The notes: generated by a model from the letters alone, not told the origin. A stretch of DNA of 64,000 bases from an uncultured Clostridia bacterium (GCA_947246685.1 CAMXSN010000001.1:273643-337642); one strand, 5' to 3'; positions 31,241-41,419 are shown, numbered from the stretch's first letter. Numbers and translations are program-made.

Positions 31241-32543
31241 ATGGCTGTTTGTTTTCTTGTTTATTGGCTTTTATCTCTTTTGCGCGTATGAGATATTTCT
31301 CGAATCCGTTGACCGAAGGCACGTAAAATTTTTCATCCTTAAGGCTGTCAGGCAAATATTGCTGATCCACCCAACCGCCGAAAGAATGCGGATATTTATA
31401 GCCAGATATCTTTTGCGCTTTATAATTGGTATCCATAAGATACGGAGGGACCTTATCGTCCTTTTTGGTCGCAACTACGTTCTCAACCGCATATTTTGCT
31501 GTGACCACACTGTTGGATTTAGGCGCTTCGCATACGTATATGATAGCGTTGTACATAGGGATTTTACCTTCGGGCAGTCCTATATTTTTATATGCTGTCA
31601 TAGCCGACACTGCAATCACGAGAGCTTGCGGATCCGCCATTCCGACGTCTTCGCTGCTATGCACTACGAGCCTGCGCAAAATCAACATAGGATCGCATCC
31701 CGCAGAAATAAGTCGCTCCGCCCAATATAGAGCCGCGTCGCTGTCGCTACCCCGCAGAGACTTGCAGAAAGCCGAAAGCATATCGTAATACATACTTTCG
31801 TCGATACTCATAGATTTTTTCTGAGACGATTGCTCAGCAACTGTCAAATCTATCGATATCCGTCCTTTGTCGCCCTTCGGAGTACTCTTGACCGCCAATT
31901 CCAACGCGTTGAGAGCATTGCGAAGATCTCCGTCGCTCGCCCACACAAAATGATCCAAAGCCTCGTCGGAGGCATCGACGTCATAATTTCCCAATCCTTT
32001 GGTCTTATCGGACAACGCTCTGACAAGAGTCGACTTGATATCTTCGTCGGAGAGCGGTTTGAATTCGAATATCCTGCATCTTGACACTATTGCCCTGGTC
32101 ATAGACACAAACGGATTCTCCGTTGTGGAACCTATAAACACTATATGTCCTTTTTCTATTGCCTCGAGCATGCAGTCGGACTGCGCCTTATTCCACCTGT
32201 GACATTCGTCGAGAAGAAGATACGTCCTGGTGCCGTATCTCTCCTTGTCCAATCTGGCGTCTTCAATGACCTTTTTTGCATCGGAAATACCCGAAGAGAC
32301 CGCATTGAGTTTTACAAAGTTAGAGCGCGTCGTGTTGGCGATGATATTTGCCAAAGTCGTCTTGCCGCAACCGGGAGCCCCGTAGAAGATACAGCTCCCG
32401 AGCGAATCCGTCAATATCGCGCGGCGCAATAAACTGTTTTTCCCCACGATATGGCTTTGACCGACGAAATCATCCAAAGTCGTCGGTCTCATCCTTTCCG
32501 CAAGCGGCGCATTGTCCTTGTGAATAATATCAAACAAATTCAT
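31239..32543 (-). CDS. rarA: Replication-associated recombination protein A (AAA+ ATPase)
   Basis: Motifs GAPGCGKTTLA, LLDECHRWNKAQ and a MgsA C-terminal region. Confidence 0.93.
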   Translation of the reverse strand: MNLFDIIHKDNAPLAERMRPTTLDDFVGQSHIVGKNSLLRRAILTDSLGSCIFYGAPGCGKTTLANIIANTTRSNFVKLNAVSSGISDAKKVIEDARLDKERYGTRTYLLLDECHRWNKAQSDCMLEAIEKGHIVFIGSTTENPFVSMTRAIVSRCRIFEFKPLSDEDIKSTLVRALSDKTKGLGNYDVDASDEALDHFVWASDGDLRNALNALELAVKSTPKGDKGRISIDLTVAEQSSQKKSMSIDESMYYDMLSAFCKSLRGSDSDAALYWAERLISAGCDPMLILRRLVVHSSEDVGMADPQALVIAVSAMTAYKNIGLPEGKIPMYNAIIYVCEAPKSNSVVTAKYAVENVVATKKDDKVPPYLMDTNYKAQKISGYKYPHSFGGWVDQQYLPDSLKDEKFYVPSVNGFEKYLIRAKEIKANKQENKQP

Positions 32544-32549
32544 ATTGTA

Positions 32550-32579
32550 ATTATATTATATATGCGCACGCAAAGTCAA
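32550..32579 (-). promoter_or_regulatory. Sigma-A promoter placed for a leaderless rarA mRNA
   Basis: Minus strand: TTGACT, 18 nt, TATAAT, 6 nt (tacaat), then ATG. No SD. Confidence 0.5.
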
Positions 32580-32587
32580 TTAAATGC

Positions 32588-35500
32588 CTATCTGAAAACC
32601 ACCTTAATTTGACGTCTTCCCAAATCCTCTTTGAGCGTAAGCGCCATATCGCCTTTGCACAAAATTCCGTCGACTTCGACACCGTCCTCAGAGCCTTGAG
32701 AGTAAGTTATCGTGTATATACTGCCTTTATATCTATAAGTCAGTTTGACGTCCTGCCAATCTTTGAGTTTCGGCTTGGCAAAGCAAATTCTGCCGCTCGA
32801 TATAGTAATTCCGAGAAAATCCCTGATAATAGTATCGTATAGCACGCTTGCCGAACCCGTATACCAACTCCATCCCATTCTGCCGTAATTATCGGCGTTG
32901 GTATAGACGTCGCCCGCAAGCACGTAAGGTTCTCCCTTGTATTCTTCGGCGAGTTTTTCATCGCAATTCTTGGCAACGGGATTTATCATATTGAGAAGAT
33001 CGTGCGCGTCGAAAGCTCCCTGATCATTGATGATTTCCGCGTCAGTAATTGCCGCGGCTTTGACGTACCAAGCAGCCGCGTGCGTATATTGTCCTCCGTT
33101 TTCTCTCACTCCCGTCGGATACGAGGAAATATAGCCGTAATATCGCTCTTTTGTCTGCGCCGGAGCCAATAATCTGATAATTCCGTTGTCTCCATCGACG
33201 AGATGCGATACCGCCTGCAATGCAGATTTCTGCGTTTGAGAAGAAGATATATTGGCAATTACACTCCAACTTTGGCACAGCAGATCGTGCGTAAAATGAG
33301 GCGAATCTATTACGCCCAGCCGCTCGCCGCCGTCGGTAGTAGCCCGCATAAAATAACCGTCTTTGACGCATTTGTCGAGAGCGAGCTGCAAGTTTTCGAT
33401 ATGAGCCAAATAGCTTTGCCGTTCGTCAAAATCGAGATATTTGACAAAATTTCTCAATATGCGAACCATAAACATGCTCAGCCAGACGCTTTCGCCCTTG
33501 TTTTGCATGCCGATTTCATTGAGCGCATCGTTCCAATCTCCGCCGCCGATTAATAATAGTCCGTTGTCGCCGTATTGAAGCGTCGCGTCGATCGCCCTTC
33601 TGATATGAGAAAGCAAACTCTCTCCCATAGCGCTCTTTTCGGGCGTCTCCAATCTTGCCTCTTCTCCAATCGGCAGAGGCGCCGATATAAGATACTTAGC
33701 AATGCAGTTGAGGATAGATTTATCGCCCGTAAAGTCTATATATTCAAACGTCAATTGCGCCAAGAAAAGTCTGTCGTCTCTTATCTGAGTTCGAACGCCG
33801 AAACAATCGCCGTGCCACCAATGCTGCACGTCGCCTTCGAGATATTGATGCTCGGCAGAAAGCAATATATGATCTTTAACGCGTTCGGGACGGATATATA
33901 GCATAGTCTGCATATCTTGCAACTGATCTCTGAATCCAATCGCGCCGCCCGCCTGATAATAACCGCATTTGCCGTTGATCCTGCTTGACACCACCTGATA
34001 AGGCAGCCATTTATTGAAAAGCAAATCCAAATTCTCATCTTTTGAACATAGTTCAAATCTGTTAAGCGTGTCGAATTTTGTTCTTTGTTCAAATATTTTG
34101 ACGTCCAATGCGTTTATATCCAGATTTTGCAGATGTCCGTAATCTTCGGATATAATAATGCGAACGTTGATCTTTCTGCCGCTAAGCTCGTCCGTCAACA
34201 GCGCATGCGAAGCATTGTAGTAGTTGCACTTGCCCTCTCGCAATCTAATTGCTCCGTTCAAGGATTGCATATGCTCACGTCTTGCAATGAGTTTACAATC
34301 GACGTCGGTTCTTATAAATACGCTGCGATTATTGAACGCGTTGGTAATTTTTATCGTACGGGAGTCGATTTGTTCATCGAAAATCATCTGCCGATGGGGA
34401 ATATCCGACATCATAGCGTCAAGTCTGAATAGCACCTTAGTACTGATATTACCCTTTTCCTTGACAAGTTCTAGCGATAGCGTCTTAGCCTTGCCGTCGC
34501 CTATTAATCCCTCTTGCAAGCAAAATTGAATATCGTTCAATTTCCCTTCAAATGAAGTACATCCGATGGAATGCCGCACAAAACCGCCCTTGACCAACTT
34601 GTTAATCCGGCGATATCCATCGAGATATATATACAGTTCTTCGCAAGGTGAATCAAATACGGGATTGTTTTCCCATAGCGTAGTACGGTTGAGATTGCTG
34701 TTGCCGAAATAGTCGAATCCGCCTCCGTTGTCCGTGACTACGAATCCACCGCATTCGGCGCATATCACGTTAGAATAAGGCAACGGCGGAGTGCGGTCGA
34801 CAACGTAATTACCGTCGGCGTCAAAGCCGCCGCTACCGCATTTTTTTACTATCTTTTTATCCAATTCGCCGTATATCAAAGGAGTATTTGCAATCTCTTC
34901 AAACCCGTCTATATTTAACTCAGGCAACGTTATTTCCACTTTTTCCGAACCGTCTTTATTGCCCTTTTCCGGCTTGACGTCAACAACTGCAAAAGCATTT
35001 GCCTTGATTATTGATACCGTACCGGCGTCCATTCCGTCCAAACGCAAAAACCTTATGCACTCCAAATCTAGAATATCCCCTACGTTCGTCAAATCTACAA
35101 ATGATTTGAGAGCGCGTTCATTGTCGCCGTCTTTAGCCCAATAGGCTATTACCAGCGTATGCTTTACGGACGCCATATTCAGATAGATAGTCGCATAGAC
35201 AAGATTCCTAAGCGTTTCGTCTTGATTATAGTAGGCAAAATATACGTATTTTTCCGCCTTGTTCAAAGACATTGGCAAACGATCCTGAAAATTATTCGCC
35301 ATTTCCATTAGCTTGTCTCTGTCGTACGGTCTGTAAACGATATTAGAAGCAATCCTGCATATTAATTCGCTTATCTTCTCATTTCTTTGATATTTGTAAG
35401 TCTTAGACAGCAAAGTCAATCTTGCGCTTTCGTAAGAATATTTTGCAAAATCAGCCATTCTGCACTGTTCGACGTTGCTTTTCAGCGCGTTGATATCGCT

Positions 35501-38500
35501 GTCGTAAAACTTTACACACAGAATTTCCCTTTGCGAATTGGCTCCTACCTCGATTTCACCGACAAATCCGAGACACGGATTGAGCACGTCGCCTACCGAT
35601 ACCCCATAAGGTTTTTTCCCTTCAAATATAATCGGATCGGTAAAAGTTCGGTTTCTACCTATAAAATTAAAAAGATTGCTCTCATAACGCACGTTGTCCA
35701 TTCCTAACACCGTCAAAGACGAATAGCAGTCCCCGTGGTAACTTCTTGACGTACGCTTGGCTATAAGCGTATCCAAAGCCGAGTCGTATGAAGTCGATAC
35801 GAACATATCGTTGAATGCGGGATGAGAAAACAGCGCGCCGTAATCGGTCAGCGCAACTTCCTCGCAGTAACCGCACTTGAATATCTTGGGCGCATTGTCA
35901 TTATTGGTCAAAGTGACTTTTCTCACTTCGCAATTTGCGTTCTGCGGTATATACACGCTCATAGCGCATGCTCTGTCAATATTTTCAAATTCGCTGACAA
36001 AGGGCTTGAAAGTAAACGTGCAGTTATCTTTTCTAAACGGCGCATACGTCGGAGAAAAGAGTTCTTTTCCGTCGCTGATATAAAAGAATCCGCCTTTATT
36101 GTCGTACGCATTCCAAGTAAATTTGTTGAGATATTTTCCCTTGGAGAAAGAATATCCGTTGCCGTATGAATCCGTAATGCAAGAATAATGTCCGTTGGTC
36201 AAAGCATTGACTCTCGGAAAAACCTTGCACTCTCCGCGCATTCTGTAATCATTGGTATTGCCGTCGCTGTAAACGAAATCAAATTTTTTGGTCTTTTTGC
36301 TCTTGGAAGTCGGTATCTGCTCTTCGAGCAAAAGACTTCCTCCGTCCATAGCTCTGTCGCTCATAAATAAGTCGACAAGATAATTGTCAAACAGCGTGTT
36401 GACGATACTGCACAGCGTCATGCCTTGATGGTGCGCCATTAAGGTCGCAACAAGGTCGTCGCCGCCTGTATAGTCAACGGCTTCATACATACCCATATTG
36501 GTCAGCAAACCGCGATTGGTCAGCTCTTGCAAATTATCCGCGGCTTTTCTCGGAGCATATTTCAGCGCCAATGCCGAAGCATAAGGGCTGATCACACACC
36601 TCTCGTTTGACGCGCTCAAACTGATACTGCTGACGCCAAAAGCGGCGTATTTGTATTGATTTTCTTCATTAAACTCATAGTAACAGCTTTCGCTTATACC
36701 CCAAACGCCTTTACATCTTGCCTTAGACATGATTTTTACAGCATTTTTGATACTGACGCTGAGCAAGCTTCCTTTACAATCGCGCAGAAAAATCTGCGGC
36801 ATAAGATATTCGAATGCCGTGCCTGACCACGATACCAATGTGTTTCCTCCGATCTTGACGATATTTCTCGCCAGACCGTTCCAATAGCGCGTATCGGAGT
36901 TTATACAGGAAGCAATATAACATAGCGTTCTCGACTCGGAAGCCAGCATATCGTAATGCCCTTCGAATTTTTCTTCGGCTTTGTTGTATCCGATATGGAA
37001 CTTACCTTTTGCCCCGTCGAACAACGCGTCGAAATCAACTGCGGCGATGAGCTCCGAAATACGCTTGTATAACGTATTGTCAGCGTCTTTGACGAATTGC
37101 TTTACCGTTATCAGACAGGCTATAAAATTACCGCTGTCAACGCTTGATACAAAATATGGATATAACGGTTTATGCGTGGCAAGCGAATACCAATTATAAA
37201 GATGACCTTTGTATTTATCCAGTCTCTCAACCGTATCAATTTGATCGGACAGCGCGCTTAGACACGCCGATATATCGGTCTTGCCCAATTTATAAGCGCA
37301 AATCGTATACATCAACGAAAAACCTATATTCGTAGGCGAGGTAAAAGAATTAGCGCCTTTTTTGGGAAAAATCTGATAATTATCGCATATCAAGCGGTTA
37401 TCCTTGAGATTGCGTTCAAAAAATCCGCAAGTCTTGTCCGCCAACTCGCAGAGAAATTTCCTATCCTCTTCATTGCTTACTTTAACGCCGCCGTCTCGCT
37501 CGCGTGCTGTAAAATACGTCAAATTTGCAATTACGATATATAGTGCAAAATAAGCGAGTATATATATATTCGTATAAAAAATAGCTCCCAAAATTATGGA
37601 CAAAATACAACTTATCAAAATCATCTGCACGTGTTTTGAATACCCGCTTGCGCGTTGAGACGAATAGAAAGTTTTCCAGTCCAAAAGCGTTTTTCTTGCA
37701 AAGACCAGCTTGTAGATCATCTTAAGCCACAGCATTATACTCTCTGTCGCATAAAACGGCAGCATGACGAATTCATACAACATCGTCGCGATTTCGCCGA
37801 AAAGCTGTCTGACAACGTAAACGGTTCGCTTGTCGTAATTCAAAGCGTTGAGACACAGTCCGAAACGTATTAGCCAAACCGCAAGTTCGCTTATCGAAAA
37901 AGCAATAAGTAACAGCGGATTTGCGCTGAGCGCAAGCGTAGCTAAAATTGCCAATCTATATACCGGCAACACTGTTCTGACTACGTTATACGCCATAACG
38001 TATCTGTAAAAAGGCTGACTAACTTTTGAGGAAAAGATATAAGGCATTAACAGCAAATCGCCTCTCTGCCATCTGTTTTCCCTAACGTTGTGGCTGACAA
38101 ACGTCTTCGGCGCGTCTTCATAGGTCGGTATCGCAAGACTTCCTGTCGAGACGATCGCGCCTTCGATAATATCGTGGCTCAAAATTCTGTTTTCCGGCAA
38201 TTTTCCCTCAATTTGACGAACGTATTCGTCAAGTCTGTAAATACCTTTGCCGCAATAAATCGCATTGCCGGATATTTTGTAATAGAAATCTCCGTAATTA
38301 CAGTATCCGTCTACGCCGCTGTCGGACTTATATCTACCCGACCAAGCCGTCGTCAAAGATGATAGCCTATATCGGGAACGGAACGTCATGAGCGTATATT
38401 TCTTGTTGAGCGGATGAAGCATCGTGTTGACCGCCTGCTTTATTCCGCCGGGCAAAACCGTATTATCTTCGTCAAGAAGCAACACAAAGTTAGGCTTTTT

Positions 38501-40150
38501 CTGTTCCCTGAGCACGTAAGCAAATTTGCCGTAATTTCCGTCGCTCAATGCCTTGTTCAACGCGTCTGTAGCGCCTCTTTTCCGCTCGTATGCTTTCCAT
38601 TTTCCGTCGATATAAACGCGTTTTCTTACAAAAACGTTAATATCCGGAAATTCTTTCATTGAGTCGAATATCCTTATTATTTCTCCGTCGCGCTCATCCA
38701 CTTCTTTGTCAGACGCATTCAAATCAACAAGAAGCGCATACTCGAGCATATCGTCTTTGTTCGATTTTGCCAAAGCCAATAAGTTTTCGCAGGCTTCTTT
38801 TGCCTGACGTACTGACGAGATATATTCGTTTTTTACGACTAGGGTTCTACCTTCTTCCGGCAGATCGATATAATTCATCGCCGACACGTTTCTAGATGGC
38901 AACAGCGTGTCGATTATAAGCGATACCACAAATTTGGCGGGCGGAATCGAGACTATCGGCATAAGCACGCCCATAAGTATCATAAGTCTCCAATCTTTGA
39001 GAAACACGACGCTCAGCACAGTAAACGTCAACGACAACAGCGCGATTACGATGGCATACAGCCTTTGATCGCCTTTGGTAGTGGGTTGTTTGAGCACCGA
39101 AGGCGTGATTGAGTGTATATGTCCTTTTATCGCATATCTGTAATCGTATATTATCTCTCCGAAATGCACGTTGTATATCTTGGCAAGTTCCATGGCGGAT
39201 TTTGTGACCGACCTTTCGCTCGCTCCGTAAAGCGACGACAGTTTGCTCACTGCGTTGATATATGCGTATTGCGAACACATATCCATATTTCTGTAAATCT
39301 CATCCTGAGCCATGATGGAATATATTGGACAAAGCTGCAAAGTAAACTTTTCGCTGAAGATATCTTCCAAACGCTTCATAGACGATATACAATTAGAAAT
39401 CAATACGCTGAAATCAACCAGATTATTGGAAAAAGACACGTCGATATTATCGGGATTAATATCATTGATTTTGTAAAAATATTTCTCGTCAAGATATTTT
39501 CCCGCATGTTTGAAATAATAGAGATACGCGTCGTATTTGCAAAGTCTTCTAACGGGTTCGAGATCTCCTTCGGCATGTCTTCTCAATTTCTCAAGCATGA
39601 CTATCTCTTCGGATACCTCGGCTATCTTCTCTATCAGCGCGTACGCCAGCGCCTTGTTGATGTTGAGCACTTCTTCGTAATGCAACGGAGTATAATCGTT
39701 GAACATACTTACCGTCTGCCTGACGGACTGAGCGGTAACGTTGCAGTTGGAAGATGAGACCATAAATCTTGCAAGCTGAATAATTCTCACGTTATTCTTC
39801 TTATGCGCAAGCCTGCTGAACACCTTATAATCGCTCTGCTTGACGTTGATCGTAGCCGAGTAATAATTCTCATAAAGCCACTTTTCGCACTCGTAAAGAG
39901 GTCGCGATTTGGCGACCTTGCCCAATACTGTCTTGTAAGCTTTTTTTATCTTGGACAGATATGCGTTGATATTTGGGATAGAACCGACAATTTCGCCGCT
40001 TCTCAAAGAAATGGCAAGTCTTTTGACATTGTCCTGCAAGTCCTTTTCGCTCATTGAAGACACGGAGCTCTCTCCTCGCTCGCTCCTCTTGGCAAACAGG
40101 ATAATCAATATCAATATAATAAACATAATAGAAATCGCTGCGTACAACAT
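32588..40150 (-). CDS. Cyclic beta-1,2-glucan synthase-like giant protein (membrane GT84 + central domain + C-terminal GH94 phosphorylase)
   Basis: 2520 aa. The GT84-type motifs are WKAYERKRGA (nt 38573-38587 encode ERKRG), LLLDEDN, ILSHDIIEG and RWQRGDLLL. The GH94-type motifs are GGAIGFRDQLQD, GGGDWNDALN (DWND at nt 33527-33538) and RENGGQYTHAAAW. Several TM blocks are present. Confidence 0.85.
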   Translation of the reverse strand: MLYAAISIMFIILILIILFAKRSERGESSVSSMSEKDLQDNVKRLAISLRSGEIVGSIPNINAYLSKIKKAYKTVLGKVAKSRPLYECEKWLYENYYSATINVKQSDYKVFSRLAHKKNNVRIIQLARFMVSSSNCNVTAQSVRQTVSMFNDYTPLHYEEVLNINKALAYALIEKIAEVSEEIVMLEKLRRHAEGDLEPVRRLCKYDAYLYYFKHAGKYLDEKYFYKINDINPDNIDVSFSNNLVDFSVLISNCISSMKRLEDIFSEKFTLQLCPIYSIMAQDEIYRNMDMCSQYAYINAVSKLSSLYGASERSVTKSAMELAKIYNVHFGEIIYDYRYAIKGHIHSITPSVLKQPTTKGDQRLYAIVIALLSLTFTVLSVVFLKDWRLMILMGVLMPIVSIPPAKFVVSLIIDTLLPSRNVSAMNYIDLPEEGRTLVVKNEYISSVRQAKEACENLLALAKSNKDDMLEYALLVDLNASDKEVDERDGEIIRIFDSMKEFPDINVFVRKRVYIDGKWKAYERKRGATDALNKALSDGNYGKFAYVLREQKKPNFVLLLDEDNTVLPGGIKQAVNTMLHPLNKKYTLMTFRSRYRLSSLTTAWSGRYKSDSGVDGYCNYGDFYYKISGNAIYCGKGIYRLDEYVRQIEGKLPENRILSHDIIEGAIVSTGSLAIPTYEDAPKTFVSHNVRENRWQRGDLLLMPYIFSSKVSQPFYRYVMAYNVVRTVLPVYRLAILATLALSANPLLLIAFSISELAVWLIRFGLCLNALNYDKRTVYVVRQLFGEIATMLYEFVMLPFYATESIMLWLKMIYKLVFARKTLLDWKTFYSSQRASGYSKHVQMILISCILSIILGAIFYTNIYILAYFALYIVIANLTYFTARERDGGVKVSNEEDRKFLCELADKTCGFFERNLKDNRLICDNYQIFPKKGANSFTSPTNIGFSLMYTICAYKLGKTDISACLSALSDQIDTVERLDKYKGHLYNWYSLATHKPLYPYFVSSVDSGNFIACLITVKQFVKDADNTLYKRISELIAAVDFDALFDGAKGKFHIGYNKAEEKFEGHYDMLASESRTLCYIASCINSDTRYWNGLARNIVKIGGNTLVSWSGTAFEYLMPQIFLRDCKGSLLSVSIKNAVKIMSKARCKGVWGISESCYYEFNEENQYKYAAFGVSSISLSASNERCVISPYASALALKYAPRKAADNLQELTNRGLLTNMGMYEAVDYTGGDDLVATLMAHHQGMTLCSIVNTLFDNYLVDLFMSDRAMDGGSLLLEEQIPTSKSKKTKKFDFVYSDGNTNDYRMRGECKVFPRVNALTNGHYSCITDSYGNGYSFSKGKYLNKFTWNAYDNKGGFFYISDGKELFSPTYAPFRKDNCTFTFKPFVSEFENIDRACAMSVYIPQNANCEVRKVTLTNNDNAPKIFKCGYCEEVALTDYGALFSHPAFNDMFVSTSYDSALDTLIAKRTSRSYHGDCYSSLTVLGMDNVRYESNLFNFIGRNRTFTDPIIFEGKKPYGVSVGDVLNPCLGFVGEIEVGANSQREILCVKFYDSDINALKSNVEQCRMADFAKYSYESARLTLLSKTYKYQRNEKISELICRIASNIVYRPYDRDKLMEMANNFQDRLPMSLNKAEKYVYFAYYNQDETLRNLVYATIYLNMASVKHTLVIAYWAKDGDNERALKSFVDLTNVGDILDLECIRFLRLDGMDAGTVSIIKANAFAVVDVKPEKGNKDGSEKVEITLPELNIDGFEEIANTPLIYGELDKKIVKKCGSGGFDADGNYVVDRTPPLPYSNVICAECGGFVVTDNGGGFDYFGNSNLNRTTLWENNPVFDSPCEELYIYLDGYRRINKLVKGGFVRHSIGCTSFEGKLNDIQFCLQEGLIGDGKAKTLSLELVKEKGNISTKVLFRLDAMMSDIPHRQMIFDEQIDSRTIKITNAFNNRSVFIRTDVDCKLIARREHMQSLNGAIRLREGKCNYYNASHALLTDELSGRKINVRIIISEDYGHLQNLDINALDVKIFEQRTKFDTLNRFELCSKDENLDLLFNKWLPYQVVSSRINGKCGYYQAGGAIGFRDQLQDMQTMLYIRPERVKDHILLSAEHQYLEGDVQHWWHGDCFGVRTQIRDDRLFLAQLTFEYIDFTGDKSILNCIAKYLISAPLPIGEEARLETPEKSAMGESLLSHIRRAIDATLQYGDNGLLLIGGGDWNDALNEIGMQNKGESVWLSMFMVRILRNFVKYLDFDERQSYLAHIENLQLALDKCVKDGYFMRATTDGGERLGVIDSPHFTHDLLCQSWSVIANISSSQTQKSALQAVSHLVDGDNGIIRLLAPAQTKERYYGYISSYPTGVRENGGQYTHAAAWYVKAAAITDAEIINDQGAFDAHDLLNMINPVAKNCDEKLAEEYKGEPYVLAGDVYTNADNYGRMGWSWYTGSASVLYDTIIRDFLGITISSGRICFAKPKLKDWQDVKLTYRYKGSIYTITYSQGSEDGVEVDGILCKGDMALTLKEDLGRRQIKVVFR

Positions 40151-40195
40151 ACATTTATTATTGTCAGATAAAACGCGATTTAATCATCAAAAAGA

Positions 40196-40222
40196 GTAAG
40201 AAAAATACGCCGTGACGGGCGT
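40196..40222 (-). terminator. Rho-independent terminator after rnpB
   Basis: Minus strand: ACGCC-cgtcac-GGCGT followed by ATTTTTC. Confidence 0.55.
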
Positions 40223-40228
40223 ATAATT

Positions 40229-40555
40229 GCAAGACAGTCTGTAAGCCGAGTTCTGTATTGGACTATCATCTGTCTAGACGCATCGTTACCGATGCGTTCA
40301 AGCGATTTTCGCGACAAGCAGGCTACTTATAGTCGCTTTCTCTTGCACCGAGTGGGGTTTACATGGCTCCCCGAGTTACCTCGGGGACGGTGGGCTCTTA
40401 CTCCGCCTTTCCATCCTTACCTGCTTGCGCAGGCGGTCTATTTCTGTTGCACTTTCCTTCAAGTCGCCTTGACCGGTAGTTAGCCGGCACTCTGCCTTGC
40501 GGTGCTCGGACTTTCCTCATCCCTTATAAGGTCTGCGATAGTCTGGCTGTCTTGC
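40229..40555 (-). ncRNA. rnpB: RNase P RNA, bacterial type A
   Basis: The minus strand reads GCAAGACAGCCAG...GAGGAAAGUCCGAGC...AGUGCAACAGAAAUAGACCGCC...GCGCAAGC...GGUAAGGAUGGAAAGG...GUAAGAGCCCACCG...ACAGAACUCGGCUUACAGACUGUCUUGC. The P1 ends pair and the P4 strands are conserved. Confidence 0.93.
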
Positions 40556-40596
40556 CTGCAAATTATAACACAGCCGGCGTCGATTGTCAACGGCTG

Positions 40597-41298
40597 TCAC
40601 AGGAACAGTTTTTCTTTGGTCATATACGCTTTTAATTTGGCAAGCACTTTTGTCTCTATTCTCGACACGTACGATCGAGATATCCCGAATATCTTCGCCA
40701 CCTCTTTTTGCGTCAGAGGCTCGTTTCCGTTGAGACCGTATCTCAAAGAAATTATCTGATATTCTCTCTCGGAAAGCTGTTTTTTGATTATCTCCATCAA
40801 TTTCTGCGAAGTGTATTTGCTTTCGACTATCCCTATTACGCTTTCTTCATCCTGACTTATCAGATCGATAAGCGCAACTTCGTTGCCCTCTTTATCGTAA
40901 CTGACCGGCTCGTAGAGAGATTTGTTGTTGAGATTTTTTTTGTTGGCTCTCCAAGTCATTAGGATTTCATTCTCGATACACCTCGCCGCATAAGTGGCAA
41001 ACTGCGTGCCTTTATCGGGCGAATAAGTGTTGAGCGCTTTGACTAGACCGATAGACCCCACACTTATCAATTCGTCGTTGTCGTGATAATTCGAATACTT
41101 TTTCACCACGTGAACAACCAATCTCATATTGTGTTTTGCAAGTTCTTCTTTTGCCTCTTTGCTGCCGGCATACATCTCCTCTAATAGCTGCTTTTCCCTT
41201 TTGCTGTCCAAAGGTTTTGGGAATGCGTTCTTGTTGCTGATATAACCGCTGAATAAAAATACGTTGCCGAATAATGCCAAAAGTCCGGATAATAGCAT
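40597..41298 (-). CDS. sigK: Sporulation sigma factor SigK (pro-sigma-K, uninterrupted)
   Basis: The start MLLSGLLALFGNVFLFSGYISNKNAFPKPLD (pro-sequence) at 41298 has a GAGGAG SD. It carries sigma-70 regions 2 and 4. The longer track ORF overlaps the nrdR terminator. Confidence 0.85.
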   Translation of the reverse strand: MLLSGLLALFGNVFLFSGYISNKNAFPKPLDSKREKQLLEEMYAGSKEAKEELAKHNMRLVVHVVKKYSNYHDNDELISVGSIGLVKALNTYSPDKGTQFATYAARCIENEILMTWRANKKNLNNKSLYEPVSYDKEGNEVALIDLISQDEESVIGIVESKYTSQKLMEIIKKQLSEREYQIISLRYGLNGNEPLTQKEVAKIFGISRSYVSRIETKVLAKLKAYMTKEKLFL

Positions 41299-41324
41299 AT
41301 ATAACTCCTCGAATTTACTATTAA

Positions 41325-41353
41325 ATCCTATGCGGAATTTTGTCGTAAAATGA
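41325..41353 (-). promoter_or_regulatory. Sigma-E-like promoter upstream of sigK
   Basis: Minus strand: TCATTTT, 14 nt, CATAGGAT, compared with the consensus kmATATT-14-CATACAnT. Confidence 0.4.
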
Positions 41354-41364
41354 CTTTGGGTAAA

Positions 41365-41395
41365 CAAAAAAACTCGGACGCTATGAACGTCCGAG
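41365..41395 (-). terminator. Rho-independent terminator after nrdR
   Basis: Minus strand: CTCGGACG-ttcatag-CGTCCGAG followed by TTTTTTTG. Confidence 0.75.
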
Positions 41396-41419
41396 ATAAT
41401 TTTCCGTTGAAGTTAAAAT

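Noticed and set aside
40292-40759. Two plus-strand ORFs (63 aa and 85 aa) in the apparent gap between the giant gene and sigK.
   Set aside because: The region is the RNase P RNA gene on the opposite strand, so the ORFs are artefacts.
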